Assembly: GCA_964016885.1 (NCBI GenBank)
Contig: OZ024748.1
Span: forward strand, 26,722,001 to 26,786,000
Origin: Eledone cirrhosa
Lineage: Eukaryota
Direction of reading: 5' to 3'
Length of the DNA stretch: 64,000 nucleotides
Shown: in pieces, positions 14,479 through 27,251 of the stretch
Numbering within the stretch: the stretch's first letter is position 1
Layout: every line of letters starts with the position of its first letter
The notes under the pieces: generated by a model
The model's database searches: none
What the model saw: the letters and a program-made list of their open reading frames with translations, nothing else
Told to the model about the DNA's origin: nothing
Translations under genes and position numbers: made by a program

Positions 14479-14688
14479 ATTGAATAAAATGACAGGAGGT
14501 TGCACTGGTGAAATTCCTTCAAAGATTTATTTCAGCAAACACTATGTATATTTCAGTGACCAGGTTACATAAGGTCCTGGTGACGTCACCAGGACCTTAT
14601 GTAACCTGGTCACTGAAATATATAGTGTTTGCTGAAATAAATCTTTGAAGGAATTTCACCAGTGCAACCTCCTGTCATTTTATTCAAT
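14479..14688. repeat. Spacerless ~210 bp palindrome
   Basis: Arms of ~105 bp centred on tgac|gtca (14584/14585); they differ only by a 2 bp indel by eye. Confidence 0.95.
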
Positions 14689-15224
14689 TATATATATAAA
14701 ACATAAAAGCAACATAAACACTTTATATAGACACACACATCATAAATAGTGAGAGAAGCACGCATACACACACATGCAGCTGGCAATCTTAAACACACAC
14801 ACATTCCTCTTGGCTATTAATTTATTTCGCCAATTTGACAGATTAGTTTTCACTAAGATATCATTTTTTAATTTGCTTAACTGTTTAATTAGTTTAAATG
14901 TTTTAAAACTAATTCCACTGAAATTTGAGTTGGGAATTGAATAAGTAAGATTTTAAACCTTCACCTCTTTTTGATAACATCTTCTCTATTTTGTCTCAAC
15001 ATTTCTGACTCTGTCAGTGTGTATTTGTGAGTGTGCGCATGTATTCACATATCTTTTTACTAGTTTCAACTATTAGATTGTAGCCATGCTGGGGCACTTT
15101 CAATACCTCCACCCCAGTCCTTAACTTTTTCAATGGTACTTATTTTAAGGATCGCTTTTTGACATAAATACAGACATGGACACACACACACACATATATA
15201 TAAGCATATATATATCCACACTCA

Positions 15225-15570
15225 TTTCTTAGCCCTCTCCTGTTTATTATCATCCTGCAGGCAATAACGGAGGAGTTTAAAACTGGCTGCCCATACTCCT
15301 CTATGTAGATGCCCTAACCCTTATAGCTGAATCTAGATGAATTAGAGATGAAATTCTAAACCTGGAAGCACAGCCTAGAATCTAAAGGGTCTTAAAGTCA
15401 ACTTGGCAAAGACTAAAGTTCTAGTAAATAGAAAGAAAAACAGATCTCCCCAGTGTGCAGAAATTCCATCCAATGTTCCAAGTGCAAACTATGGGTACAC
15501 AAAAGATATAATGGAATCTCAGGCAAGCTAACAAAGAACGTCGGTTTTACATGTGACCGATGTACAGGGG
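15225..15570 (+). mobile_element. RTE RT fragment, decayed
   Basis: LSPLLFIIILQAITEEFKTGCP..LKVNLAKTKVL, same family as 9000-12208. Confidence 0.85.
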
Positions 15571-15657
15571 GAGTAAGCTTTTCATGATGCCATCCACTAC
15601 AGAGTATACAGGGTGCATTTAGTATCATGGAACCAGCACTTTACACACACATACACT

Positions 15658-15690
<33 letters not shown>

Positions 15691-16201
15691 GGAAATGGCT
15701 TTTGTGAGAAGTGTCATGGGAGACCAATGACATGGCCCTTTCTCCAGAAATGGGAAAGAATTAAGTAACGGTCTCTAACAACTATTTCCCATGGATTGTG
15801 AAGGACGGCCTGGTCTGAATTACAGCACAATAGAGTAATGATGTAAAGAGAGAGAGAGAGAGAGGGAGAATGTGTGTGTAGAGAGATAGAGAGGGGGGTG
15901 TAGAGAGAGGGAAATTGTATGTGCATATGTGAGAAGGTGAGATTCTATAATGAATATAGTGGTTATAGAAGCTTTATTATTCACAGCTGGGGTTGGTAAA
16001 ACTGACATGTTTTTCAAATACTTACATCTTTACTGATTTCAGGGATTAGCAATTAGAGTGCAGTGAGTGGGGTGGGGATCAACTAGCAGATTGCAATTAG
16101 ACACACACACATACACAATTATCATCATTTATACATCTCTTTTTCCATGCTTGCATAGGTTGGAAACTTTTCCATCTCAAACTGCTTCCACATCCTCCAA
16201 C

Positions 16202-16323
<122 letters not shown>

Positions 16324-16384
16324 TGAGTGTAGTGTGTGTGTGTGTGCGTGTTTGTATGCATGTGTATATATGTATATATATATC

Positions 16385-18650
16385 TATCTAGGGCGGGTAA
16401 AATTCCCGAGATCCATGGCCGAGTTCTTTCCAGCGGTCTCTGTCCCTCATTATCGCTGCCATGTCCTGCATCTCCAACAGACCAGTGTCTGTCCTGAGGG
16501 CATCGACATACGTTAACCTTGGTCTTCCTCTTTCAGTGTGTCCATGTAGGGGGCTCCCACAGGAGCATTGAGTGCAATGTCAACTCTGGATGTCGGTGAG
16601 CATGTCCAGCTAACCTCAGTCTCCTCTGTGTCACTTTTGAGCTGACTTTTGGGAGGCTCCCATACAGCTCTGAGTTTTTCATCCTCAGTGTATACTGATT
16701 AATGTTCAGAGCCATCCTCAGCATTCTCGTGTAGCACCCATCCACCATCTGAGTGAGTTTCTTGGTCAGTGTCCAAGTCTCAGACCCGCACAGCAGCAGA
16801 GACTCCACTACAGCAATGAAGAGGCAGATTTTCAGGTCTTTACGAAGGTCCGACTTCCACACCGATCTCAAGCTGTGGCACGCCGCCCAGGCTTTGCTCT
16901 TCCTCTCAACCACATCATCTTCCGTATTCCCAATCTTTGCTCCCAAATACAGGAAGTCTTCAACCAATTCTAGCAGCTTCCCGCCTACATTAGTGATCCC
17001 CTCTGGCTTCTCAACATTCTCTACCAGATATTTTGTTTTAGTCTCATTCATTCTCAGCCTCACACTCATCGACACAGTCTCAACCTCCTGCATCAAATCC
17101 TCTGCCTCCTTCACTGTATTTGTCACCAAAACTATGTCGTCGGCAAATTCAGCATCTGATACCTTTTTCGCCTTAACTCTCCTGCTCTGAGCCGGTGCTA
17201 CAGTAAAGCCAGAGTCCTGGTGTTTCTCAAGTGCAAGGCGCATACAATAGTCCACGATGATAAAAAGGTAGGGAGCCAATGTATCTCCCTGGAGCACTCC
17301 AGCCAGTATCTCAAAGAACTCTGTCATCCCATCAGGTGTAATGACTTGGGCTTTGGTGTTGGTGTAGAGCAGTGATATCAGGTCCACTATCTTCTTGGGG
17401 ATTCCATAAGCCTGTAAGATCTTCATCAGGCAGTAACGGTCCACAGAATCAAAGGCCTTCCTAAAGTCAATGAAAACCATGACCGCAGGAAGGCACTTTG
17501 CTCTAGCTCCCTCTAATATCCTCCTCAGCATCAGGGTGTGACTGGTGGTTGATCTTCCCTCTCTAAAGCCGTTCTGGTTGTCCCTGAGCTTCTTCTCCAT
17601 CTCCGGCTGGATCCTGTTAAGAATCATCCTGTTGAGGGTCTTTGCCACAAGTGACGTCAGTGAGATCCCCCTGTATTTGTTGGTGTTAGAGAGATCTCCC
17701 TTCTTTGGCACTGGGACGATGTTACTGATCCTCCACTGATTCGGGGCAACAGTGCCTGGTTACAGAACCCCAGGATGATATCAAAATCACACCTCTTCAT
17801 CACCTCTGATGCCACTCCATCTTCTCCATGAGCCCTGCCTTCCTTGATCCTCTTCTTGGCTCTCTGAAGCTCCTCTCTGGTGAAGGACTCTGTCTCAACA
17901 TCCAGTTCCTCAAACAGCCGCCTGATCTCCCCAGTGCTCTGGGCTGTGGAGGGTGGCTCTCCTAGTAGGGTCCTAAAATGGTCTAGCCATTTCCTCTTCC
18001 TACCCTCGGGCCCCGTTCCCTGGATCTGACTCGAACACCTTCTCTTCCTCCCTGTGATCTCGATGATCATCCAGCTCTCCTTACATTCAGATCTGTCAAC
18101 TGCTCTCTCCACACTTCTGATCTTCACTATCAGTGCCTCCTCTCTGGCCTCAGTGTAAGCGGTACAGAGTTCTTCCCTCATCACCTCCACAGTCTCCATC
18201 CTCTCCTCCGTAGGATCAGCATAGAATTGGTCCTTGGCAGCTTTCAGGTGTTCTCTGGCTGCACACACTTTTGGGTTTGCAGAGCTGACGTGCTTCCTTT
18301 TGTTCTTTTTCCTCGGCACCAGGGTTTCACTTGCTTCCGCCACGGCATTGGTGAAGTGCCCGTACCTCCTCGTCACACTCTCCTCAGTCCATCCAATCTC
18401 TCTCTCCTCTGTCTCTCCACACAGAGCACTGAACCTGTTCCTCACTTCCACTGTGAACCTCTCCTGTAGCTTATTATCTTTCTTGAAAGCTCCCCAGTCA
18501 TAGATTGCTCTCCGGGGCTGAGCCTTGCTCTTTCTTAAGCTCACCCGGACCTCACTCATAACAAACCGGTGGTCATTACCCAGTGTACTGAAATAGTTGT
18601 ATGGTTCTGTGTTCAGAACACTATTCCGCCACTTTTTCCTCACCAGAATA
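16385..18650 (-). mobile_element. Young 5'-truncated RTE-like LINE, second family (end of APE + full RT)
   Basis: ORFs 17657-18650 and 16533-17711: YILVRKKWRNSV..DHR (APE end), PKKGDL..YRGISL, QNGFREGRST, FIDFRKAFDSV, GVLQGDTLAPYLF, EFADD. After a frameshift it continues GRPRLTYVD..W and stops (TAG) at 16388-16390 directly before a TAGA/TA tail. Confidence 0.93.
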
Positions 18651-18660
18651 TATATATAAA

Positions 18661-19163
18661 TCACCAGGTAGAGAGTACACAGAGATATATATAGCACCAT
18701 GTAGAGAGTACACAGAGATATATAAATCACCATGTAGAGAGTACACAGATATATATAGCACCATGTAGAGAGTACACAGAGATATATATAGCACCATGTA
18801 GAGAGTACACAGAGATATATATAGCACCATGTAGAGAGTACACAGAGATATATAAATCACCATGTAGAGAGTACACAGAGATAATATAAATCACCATGTA
18901 GAGAGTACACAGATATATATAGCACCATGTAGAGAGTACACAGAGATATATATAGCACCATGTAGAGAGTACACAGAGATATATATAGCACCATGTAGAG
19001 AGTACACAGAGATATATATAGCACCATGTAGAGAGTACACAGAGATATATAAATCACCATGTAGAGAGTACACAGAGATATATAAATCACCATGTAGAGA
19101 GTACACAGAGATATATAAATCACCATGTAGAGAGTACACAGAGATAATATAAATCACCATGTG
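18661..19163. repeat. 33 bp minisatellite (~15 copies)
   Basis: Unit caccatgtagagagtacacagagatatatatag/aaat; abuts the 5' truncation point of the LINE. Confidence 0.95.
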
Positions 19164-19221
19164 GGGGCCTTGATGTTAATAATGATAACAAAAGCATATT
19201 ATTATTATTATTATTATTATT

Positions 19222-19440
19222 AAGGGGGGATTGGCAGTATTGGTAGAGCGTCAGACACCATACTTTGCAGCATAGAGTTACGGCCCTTTACATTCTGAGT
19301 TCAAATCCCGCCAAGGTTAGCTTTGCCTTTCATTCTTACGGGGTCGATAAAATAAAGCACCAGTAATGCACTGGGGTTGACTTAACATTCCCCTCCCAAT
19401 AATTACTGGCCTTGTGCCTATACTAGAAACAATGATTATT
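19222..19440 (+). mobile_element. tRNA-derived SINE with Deu/Nin-like central domain
   Basis: A-box-like tggcagtattgg, B-box gagttcaaatccc, central gcctttcattcttacggggtcgataaaataaagcaccag, (ATT)n tail. Partial duplicate at 19483-19585. Confidence 0.8.
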
Positions 19441-19829
19441 ATTATTACTATATAGGTTATTATTATTATTATTATTACTATGTAGGTTAACTTTGCCTTT
19501 CATCCTTACGGGGTCGATAAAATAAAGTACCAGTAATACACTGGGGTTATTGCTGGCCTTGTGCCAAAAGTAGAAACAATTATTACTATATATTCATAAT
19601 AAAGAAAATGAAAAATTAAATAATAAAAAATAGTGAAGGGGAGAAGGAAGTGAGAAAACTTGATACCTTTGGTTGGGTGGTATATCTCAGCTGTGTCCCT
19701 CACACTGCACCAGCCATTGAACCTTACTGGGCCCTTTCCTCCAAAAATAGTATGTAGGGTTAAATTATGTCTCTTTATATTCTGATTTCAAATCTTGTCA
19801 AGATAAACTTTGACCTTCATCATTCCAGT

Positions 19830-20480
19830 CTCTGTCTGTGTTTACATCTGTGTCTGTGTTTACATCTGTGTCTATGTTTACATCTGTCTGTGTTTACATC
19901 TGTGTTTGTGTTTACATCTGTCTGTGTTTACATCTGTATCTATGTTTACATCTGTCTATGTTTACATCTGTGTCTGTGTTTACATCTCTGTCTATTTATA
20001 TGTCCATGTTTACATCGGTGTCTATGTTTACATCTGTCTATGTTTACATATGTGTCAGTGTTTACATCTGTGTCTGTGTTTACATCTGTCTATGTTTACA
20101 TATGTGTCTATGTTTACATCTGTGTCTGTGTTTACATCTGTCTGTGTTTACATCTGTGTCTGTGTTTACATCTGTGTCTATGTTTACATCTGTCTGTGTT
20201 TACATCTGTGTTTGTGTTTACATCTGTCTGTGTTTACATCTGTATCTATGTTTACATCTGTCTATGTTTACATCTGTGTCTGTGTTTACATCTGTCTGTT
20301 TATATGTCCATGTTTACATCGGTGTCTATGTTTACATCTGTCTATGTTTACATATGTGTCAGTGTTTACATCTGTGTCTGTGTTTACATCTGTCTATGTT
20401 TACATATGTGTCTATGTTTACATCTGTGTCTGTGTTTACATCTGTCTATGTTTACATTTGTGTCTATGTTTACACCTGTG
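19830..20480. repeat. 16-18 bp minisatellite (tgtttacatctgtgtc...) with ~304 bp higher-order duplication
   Basis: The rare variant tacatcggtg recurs at ~20014 and ~20318. The array starts inside a SINE remnant (19775-19828). Confidence 0.92.
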
Positions 20481-20639
20481 TAAAATAGTGTATAAATGGT
20501 GAGGGTCCTTATAACAGACTACATTTCTCTCTCTCTCTCTCTCTCTCTTTCCCTTCTAATTTGAGGCCTTGTGTCCAAATCAGAAATCAATATTGGAACT
20601 GACCAACACATTATGTGTGATGCAAACACCTCACCAAGG

Positions 20640-21275
20640 TACTCATTCCCAATTGGAGGAGCCTTTATGCAATTGCTTAACCTGCTAGAAATAGCAGATA
20701 ATTCCCTTCAAAAAACATTCTAATGTCTTTTTAAAAAATGCAAGGAGACAAGCTAGAAATAGCAGCCAAATTTATTTCATATAACATTCTATAGCAGTGA
20801 GTGGTGGTTCCCAACCTTTTTTTTACTTCATGGCACACAGTTTGGGAACTACTGATCTACATAGTCAAATCACCTGCTAGAAATAGCAGCAAAACTGCCC
20901 TCAAATCACATCCTAACATCTTAAAACAAAAATGGAAGGATATGTTGTAGAATGTAACTTGAGGTATTCTATGTATAAGAAACATAAAATACAAGACAAC
21001 TGCAGCTTGAACCCTTTTAATCATAGATCTGCAAAACTACACCGAAGGTACACATTCTAATGAGGGATTTCAATATGATTGCTTAGCCTGCTAAAAGTAA
21101 CAGCATAAACTACCTTAAAACCACACCCTAGCATTTTATAAAAGGAAATACATGTTGGAAAATATAGTTTCAGGTAGACTATGTACAAGAAAAATAAAGA
21201 CAGGATAGCTACACCTTCAACTCTTTTGATCATAGGTCTGCCTGATTTGTGTTGACCTAGGGTTAAACAACATCA
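20640..21275 (+). mobile_element. Clustered fragments of a dispersed repeat (cctgctagaaatagcagc... ending in ACA repeats)
   Basis: Motif repeated 4 times here and also at ~1810, 21600, 36870(-) and 63530-63950. Probably a retroposon 3' end; family not identified. Confidence 0.6.
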
Positions 21276-21329
21276 CTTCACTTCCCTACACTACACTACA
21301 TTACACTACTTAATAAAATCTGAACATTG

Positions 21330-21510
21330 CAATGCCCTTATCACCATACGCTACACTTATTTAAATACTGAAATGCCCTTATCACAGTATGCTTCACTTA
21401 TTTTAATACGTCAATGCCCATATCCCAGTACCCTGCACTTATTTAAATACGTCAATACCCCTTATCAACATACGCTACACTTATTTAAATACTAAAATGT
21501 CCCTTATCTT
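21330..21510. repeat. ~40 bp tandem repeat (4-5 copies)
   Basis: aatgcccttatcaccatacgctacacttatttaaatactg-type units. Confidence 0.85.
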
Positions 21511-22459
21511 GCTACTCTGCACTCACTTCACCAGACATAACATTTCTCTAACACACACCATAACAAAATCTGAGCCTCTTTCTGTGTGGTCTCTCTAAAT
21601 GCTAGAAATAGCAACCAAATTTCTCACATATTACATCCTACCATGGTAGCTCCTAATAAACTTTCCACTACTAAGAAACCTGTTTATTTATGGTAAATGA
21701 ATTTTTCCTACAAACCCCAAGGCTTTTAAAACGTCAAACTACTCAAAAACTCAAGGACCTCTCCCAAGTAGAACCCTGTGTATTTAAATGGATTTTTTCT
21801 ACAGACCCCAGGCTTTTAAAATGTAGGACTACTCAAAATCTAGGGGGACCCTCCCTTTTAGTACAACCTTTGCAGAATCCCAAGGCTCTGTTGACCACAG
21901 ATTGGGAATAGCTGTCTTGCCATCTTAAAACGACACATTGAATGCAAACGAAGTCGCAGGTTTTATATCATAATGACCTTTTCCTAGAGATATCTTAATG
22001 AAGATGCGGAGTTTCTCGTTCAAAAAAAAAAAAAATCTTTATTGGTTGGCTGTTGACTCTCCTCAGTTCCTCCGCCCTTTAATGGGTCTTCATGACGCAA
22101 CCATGCATATATATATATATATATATATCTTTACACATACACACACTTAGTTTGGCTGATTGTGAAAATATATGAAATTTAAACCATAGGTAAATGACAA
22201 GATATGATGCCTATTCACAAAATTTCAGCAAATTTCAATAATATCAAGACACCCTAATGGGGGTTAAACCTTCTATAGTGAACATTTTGGAAGCCCATAA
22301 CTTGAGTATTGGAACTTTGAATTTCTAATTTGAAAATAATGCTTTACACAAAAATGAAATGATCAAGTTTTGAATTGATATTTTGAAAAGAATTATTTAC
22401 AAGAAACAAAATAAGAATAAGATTTAATAATGTAATTTTGATTTGATATATTACAAAAA

Positions 22460-22642
22460 ATAATTGTTTCTACTTTAGGCACAAGGCCAGCAATTACCCA
22501 GTACATTACTGGTACTTTATTTTATCGACCCCGTAAGGATGAAAGCAAAGTTAACCTCGGCGGGATTTGAACTCAGATTGTAAAGGGACGTAACTATGCT
22601 AGAAAGCATGGCGTCCGACCCTCTACCGATACTGCCAATCCA
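22460..22642 (-). mobile_element. Deu/Nin-like tRNA SINE copy
   Basis: Reverse complement of the 19222 element. Further copies or fragments at ~1905-2030(+), 28211-28420(+), 41270-41420(-), 41430-41660(-), 48501-48650(+), 49050-49220(-), 55700-55905(+) and 63230-63405(-). Confidence 0.8.
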
Positions 22643-22769
22643 AATGTTTTCCAATTTTTCATGCATTACATTTTGCATTGAGTAATATTGAAATGCAGAG
22701 TTTTTCTCCATAAATTATATCACTGATTTAAAATCAATCATCATTTTCTTACAAAAGAAATGTGTGAAA

Positions 22770-22797
22770 CACAACAACGTGCGGGTAATTCGGCTAG
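22770..22797 (+). mobile_element. Possible Helitron 3' terminus
   Basis: aacgtgcgggtaattcggCTAG|T: GC-rich half-hairpin ~10 nt before CTAG followed by T. The left hairpin arm is decayed. Confidence 0.4.
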
Positions 22798-23083
22798 TAT
22801 ATATATATATAACAGGTTTCCATATGGTTTCTGTTTACCAATTCCACTAAGACATTGGACCCTATTTTAAAGACAAGTGAATACTCGATTTGACCTGATA
22901 CTTGACCCCTCATGGCTCTGTATGGCCAGAGATAGGAAGTGGTGGAGGTCAACCAGGGAGGGGTTCCTCCAACAGGAATGAGAAGTTGATTTTGGATTTG
23001 AAATACTCAATTTGTTAAAGATTGGGTTGCTCTAAATATTATTTAGTAGAGTCATCTACAGAGAAGATCTTGTATTGATGTTT

Positions 23084-23117
<34 letters not shown>

Positions 23118-24316
23118 CTGTTGTTGTGTTGTATTATGATGGCAACAAAGTCCATCTGTTTGGAATAAAATTATTTGGATGAGTGGAAACACATATGCAT
23201 ACACACAAACACACAAAACCATACACAGACACTCACACACACACACAAATGTCCACTGTATTTGTGTGTGTGTTAGGCTGAGGGTGAGGGGCAGACAGAA
23301 ACTAGGTGAGGGGGGGAATGGGGTAGGCAACTTGTGGAACTAGTGAAACACCAAATGTTTCTAATTTATCATAAGGGAGCAAAGGTATGTTGGTGGGGGT
23401 AGTGATGGTGGTGGTGGTGGTATGAGTGATGATAGCAGTGATGGTGATGATGAATAAGGGGTAAAATTTGTGGTGGTGGTGGTGGTAATGTTAGTGACAA
23501 TGATGATAGCAGCGGTGGTGGTGGTGGTGGTGGTGTTAGTGACAATGATGATAGCAGCGGTGGTGGTGGTGTTAGTGACAATGATGATAGCAGCAGTGAT
23601 GGTGGTGGTGGTGGGAGAGGGTGGCAATGATGGGAATGATGATGGTAGTAGTGGTAACAGAAATAATGATGATCATCATCATAACTATCATCCTGACCAT
23701 AACCCCCACCATGGGGATGGTGAAAGTGCTGGCAGTAGCAGTGGTGATGAGTAACATAGAACTTTTTTATCAATAGGAAGGGGAGAGTGTGAGGAGGGAT
23801 ACTGAGGTGATGATGAGTTATGACAGGTGTGGTATTTGTGGTCATCATCATCATCCGCATCATCATGTGTTAAATGTAAATAAACCAGCAGAGGCAAGCA
23901 ACAGACCCACCCCCACTTACCCAGCCCCGCCCCCTGTATTTCTTCCACACAGTTTAGAGGGAACTGTGAGGTTGTTTACTTTATATCTCCAATAACACTT
24001 TTTCTTTTGTTGATGCTGTTCTTTATTAATATTTTCTTGAAGTCTCTACTACTACCAACAGGCTCAGATAGGAGCCAGTGGATATGTTTTTACACTAGGG
24101 TTAGACTAAATAATTGATTGATCGAAGATAATCATAATCGGTATTGGCCATTTTACCAATTAATCGCTATTCTATTAATTGGCTATTATAGTTTTTAGAA
24201 CAGCCGTGTCACTGTTATTAAGCTGTATCAGCTTTTGCCTTTCCCATTCCAAGTCAAGAATTTGGAAGAGTTTAGTAATATAACTGACTTTCTTATAATT
24301 AAGCCAATATCTAGAA

Positions 24317-24438
24317 CAGACATGGGTAACCTTTTTCAAGCAGTGGGCAGCATAGGATGTGGCTCATAAGGCAGGTGACACTACTAAAAAACTCAAAGCA
24401 ATTTTGAAATTGGGTGTGCCATTCAGAAAACCAAATGG
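24317..24438 (+). mobile_element. Truncated, unexpanded copy of the hAT MITE at 31960-34665
   Basis: tctagaa|cagacatgggtaacctttttc..cataggatgtggctcataaggcagg..cactactaaaaaa..gtgccattcagaaaaccaaatggg, with one repeat unit only. Confidence 0.85.
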
Positions 24439-24559
24439 GCAGCAGTTTAGAGCTTAAAAAAAAAAAAAAAAAAAAAAAACATAGGTTGACAGAGAAATTC
24501 ATGTACCAGAAGCTGTTTATTGTGTCTACTGAACTTTTCAGGAATTTAATAGCCTGTGG

Positions 24560-25460
24560 TTATTTGCTGCTTACTGCCCTGGTGCAGTGGCTACATGTAA
24601 AACCTACATTTTTAGCTAAACTGTATCTCTTGTGTACCCAAAGTATGTATTTGAGACAGAGGATTGAATTTCTACCTCCACCTTTCCGACACATTGAGCA
24701 AGGTCATTTCCCTGAGGGGATCAGGGCTCTGTTTTCTCTTCTACTTACTAGGACCTTAGTCTTTGTCAGGTTGACTTTAAGACACTTTGTTTCTAGGCCC
24801 TGCTTCCATGTTTGGAATGTCTTCTTTAGTTCTACCATAGACTCCACTATAAGTGTTAGATAATCTGCATACAGGAGTTCCCATGGGCAGCCGGTCTCAA
24901 ACGCCTCTGTTGTAGCCTGCAGTACGATAATTAACAGAGAAGGGCTAAGAACAAAGCCCTGGTGGATGCCAACCTGCATGCTAAATTCCTCACTATAGTC
25001 GTTGTTAATCCTAACTTTGCTGACTGCTCCCCTATACATGGCTTGTACATCCTTCACAAGCCACTCATCTACTCCTAGTTTTCTAAGGGCCTACCAGATC
25101 ATGGCACGGTAACTCTGAAAAGCGTTTTCCGGTCAACAAATGCCAAGTAGAGCAGCTTACATTTAGCTAGGTACTTTTCCTGTAACTGTGTCACCAGGAA
25201 GAGAGCATCTGTGATGCTTTTGCCTGGTACAAATCCAAACTGCATCTCATCTAGATTTACCCGGTCCCTAATCAGCTGAGTTATACTTTTTCTGTTACTT
25301 TCATGACCTGGTCCATCAGCTTTATACCTCTATAGTTTCCTCTATCTAGTGCATCTCCTTATAGCAGTTGACAATGATGCTACTGCGCCAATCATTTTGT
25401 ATGACTTGGTTTACAATATGTGGTTAAGGTACGACCTATCAACCCAGATGCTTTCAGCAG
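24560..25460 (-). mobile_element. RTE RT fragment, decayed
   Basis: ORF 24704-25057: VGIHQGFVLSPSLL..CPWELLYADYL..LKVNLTKTKVL. Confidence 0.9.
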
Positions 25461-25835
25461 ATGAAAATGGAGTTGTTTGGAATAATGTTACTTGATAAAG
25501 TGCATAGCTCAAATATCAGGGAGTCACTCCAGGTAGAGCAGCTACTTCTCCAAATTGAGAGATCACAGCCCCGATACTACAGACTTGTTGTCAGAATGTC
25601 TAAGGAAAGAATCGCTGGACAGATTTTAACGGTAAAATCAGCTAGCAAGAGGCCCAGCGGTAAACCCAGAACAAGATAGTTGGATAACATCCATGAGCTC
25701 GGCTGATCTTGCTTGGGGATCCAGCTGCATCAATTGGAGATGGTTGCTTTTGATAGAACCCACTGGAAGGTGTGTTTAATGACCCTCTCTCCAGGAATAA
25801 GTGGGAGAAAAAAAGATGTAAAACAAGGATGATGA
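25461..25835 (+). mobile_element. Rex3/Expander-like RTE 3' fragment
   Basis: IRESLQVEQLLLQIERSQPRY..RM..KRPSGKPRTR resembles the Rex3/Expander C-terminus. Homologous pieces at 47890-48100(+) and 60640-60800(-). Confidence 0.7.
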
Positions 25836-26474
25836 TATGTACAGACATGGCAGTGTGGCTAAAGATTTTGCTTCACAACCACATGGTTCCTACTGCATGG
25901 ATGGCACTTTAGGCCTCTGGTCATCATCTATAACCTCAGATTGACCAAAGCCTTCTGAGTGGAATTAGGTAGACTGAAACTGCACACTAGTTTCATTATG
26001 AGAAAGTTAGCTATTTTACTAAATCCATCTAATTTATTTTTTGTCATTTTAAAAATTATTTGAAAACCATGTGTAGTGTCGTCTTTCATAAAAAATATGG
26101 TAAAGAAAGAGTGAACATCAGGCAACAGATTAAGTCTACTGACAGTGTTGACTGGGGTTGTGTTGTTTAGCTCCAGATGGAGCAGACCTGTTGTCAGCAG
26201 AGGAATGGGGAAGATGTTATGTTGGTGTTACATCTGTTCTCTGTAGAGGTTTCAGTATTGTTGGGGGAGAGAAAGAGACAGGGAAGAGGGGGGGGGGGGT
26301 ATGTTGTTGTTGTTGTTAGATGTGTTGTCAGGATAGGTCTACTAGTTGAAGAGAAAGAGAGAGCTGGTGAAGAGAGAGATAGCTGGTATGTTGTTATATG
26401 AAGAGAGAGAGAGGTGGTTATGTTTGTTGTTATATGAAGAGAGAGAGAGAAGGTTATGTTGTTAGACAGAGAGC

Positions 26475-26715
26475 TGTTTATGTTGTTGTTGTTATATGAA
26501 TAGGGGCATGATGATTATTTTGTTTTATGAAGAGGGGCCTGTTGTTTATGTTGTTGTTGTTGTTATATGAATAGGGGGCATGATGATTATTTTGTTTTAT
26601 GAAGAGGGGCCTGTTGTTTATGTTGTTGTTGTTGTTATATGAATAGGGGGCATGATGATTATTTTGTTTTATGAAGAGGGGCCTGTTGTTTATGTTGTTG
26701 TAGTTGTTATATGAA
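26475..26715. repeat. ~72 bp tandem repeat (3 copies)
   Basis: gaataggggcatgatgattattttg recurs at 26498, 26569 and 26641. Confidence 0.9.
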
Positions 26716-26896
26716 AAACTACAAATTGCCAGTCAAAGAAGAGTTTCTCACAATGTCCTCAGATGTGATTTTGACATTGTCACACAGCTATAAGATAAGA
26801 TACAGAGATCAAATACAGTGAAAGGTAGTGACAAATGTCTGGAGGAGGGGCAACACCGTTATACATACACCATTTTATATTTTTATATATATGTAT

Positions 26897-26942
<46 letters not shown>

Positions 26943-26989
26943 AAATTTTGCTCTACATGGCTGATTATAATAAATGTAATCTGAGTTTG

Positions 26990-27202
26990 TCGAATATTAA
27001 TAATAACATTCGATTCGTTTGCAATTATGCAAACAAGCCTCAATTTTATAGCCATGTCAGTAGAATGAACACTTCATTCTTGCTCTTATGTTGGCATGTG
27101 AACAGAACTGCATGTCAAGATAAGAGCAAGAATGAAGTGTTCATTCTACTGACATGGCTATAAAATTGAGGCTTGTTTGCATAATTTATTATTAATATTC
27201 GA
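26990..27202. repeat. Long inverted repeat (hairpin) with 12 nt loop
   Basis: Arms 27023-27098 and 27111-27186 are near perfect. Outer arms tcgaatattaataata/tattattaatattcga are separated from them by a 17 nt bulge. Confidence 0.93.
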
Positions 27203-27251
27203 AAAATGAAACAAAATTTCATTTCCCACTCTTAGTACGGCTGTTACTTAA

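Noticed and set aside
24560-25835. Twin-priming inversion (divergent LINE pieces abutting at 25460/25461)
   Set aside because: The two pieces belong to different RTE families, judged by their C-terminal sequence versus 11300-11700, so independent insertions are more likely.
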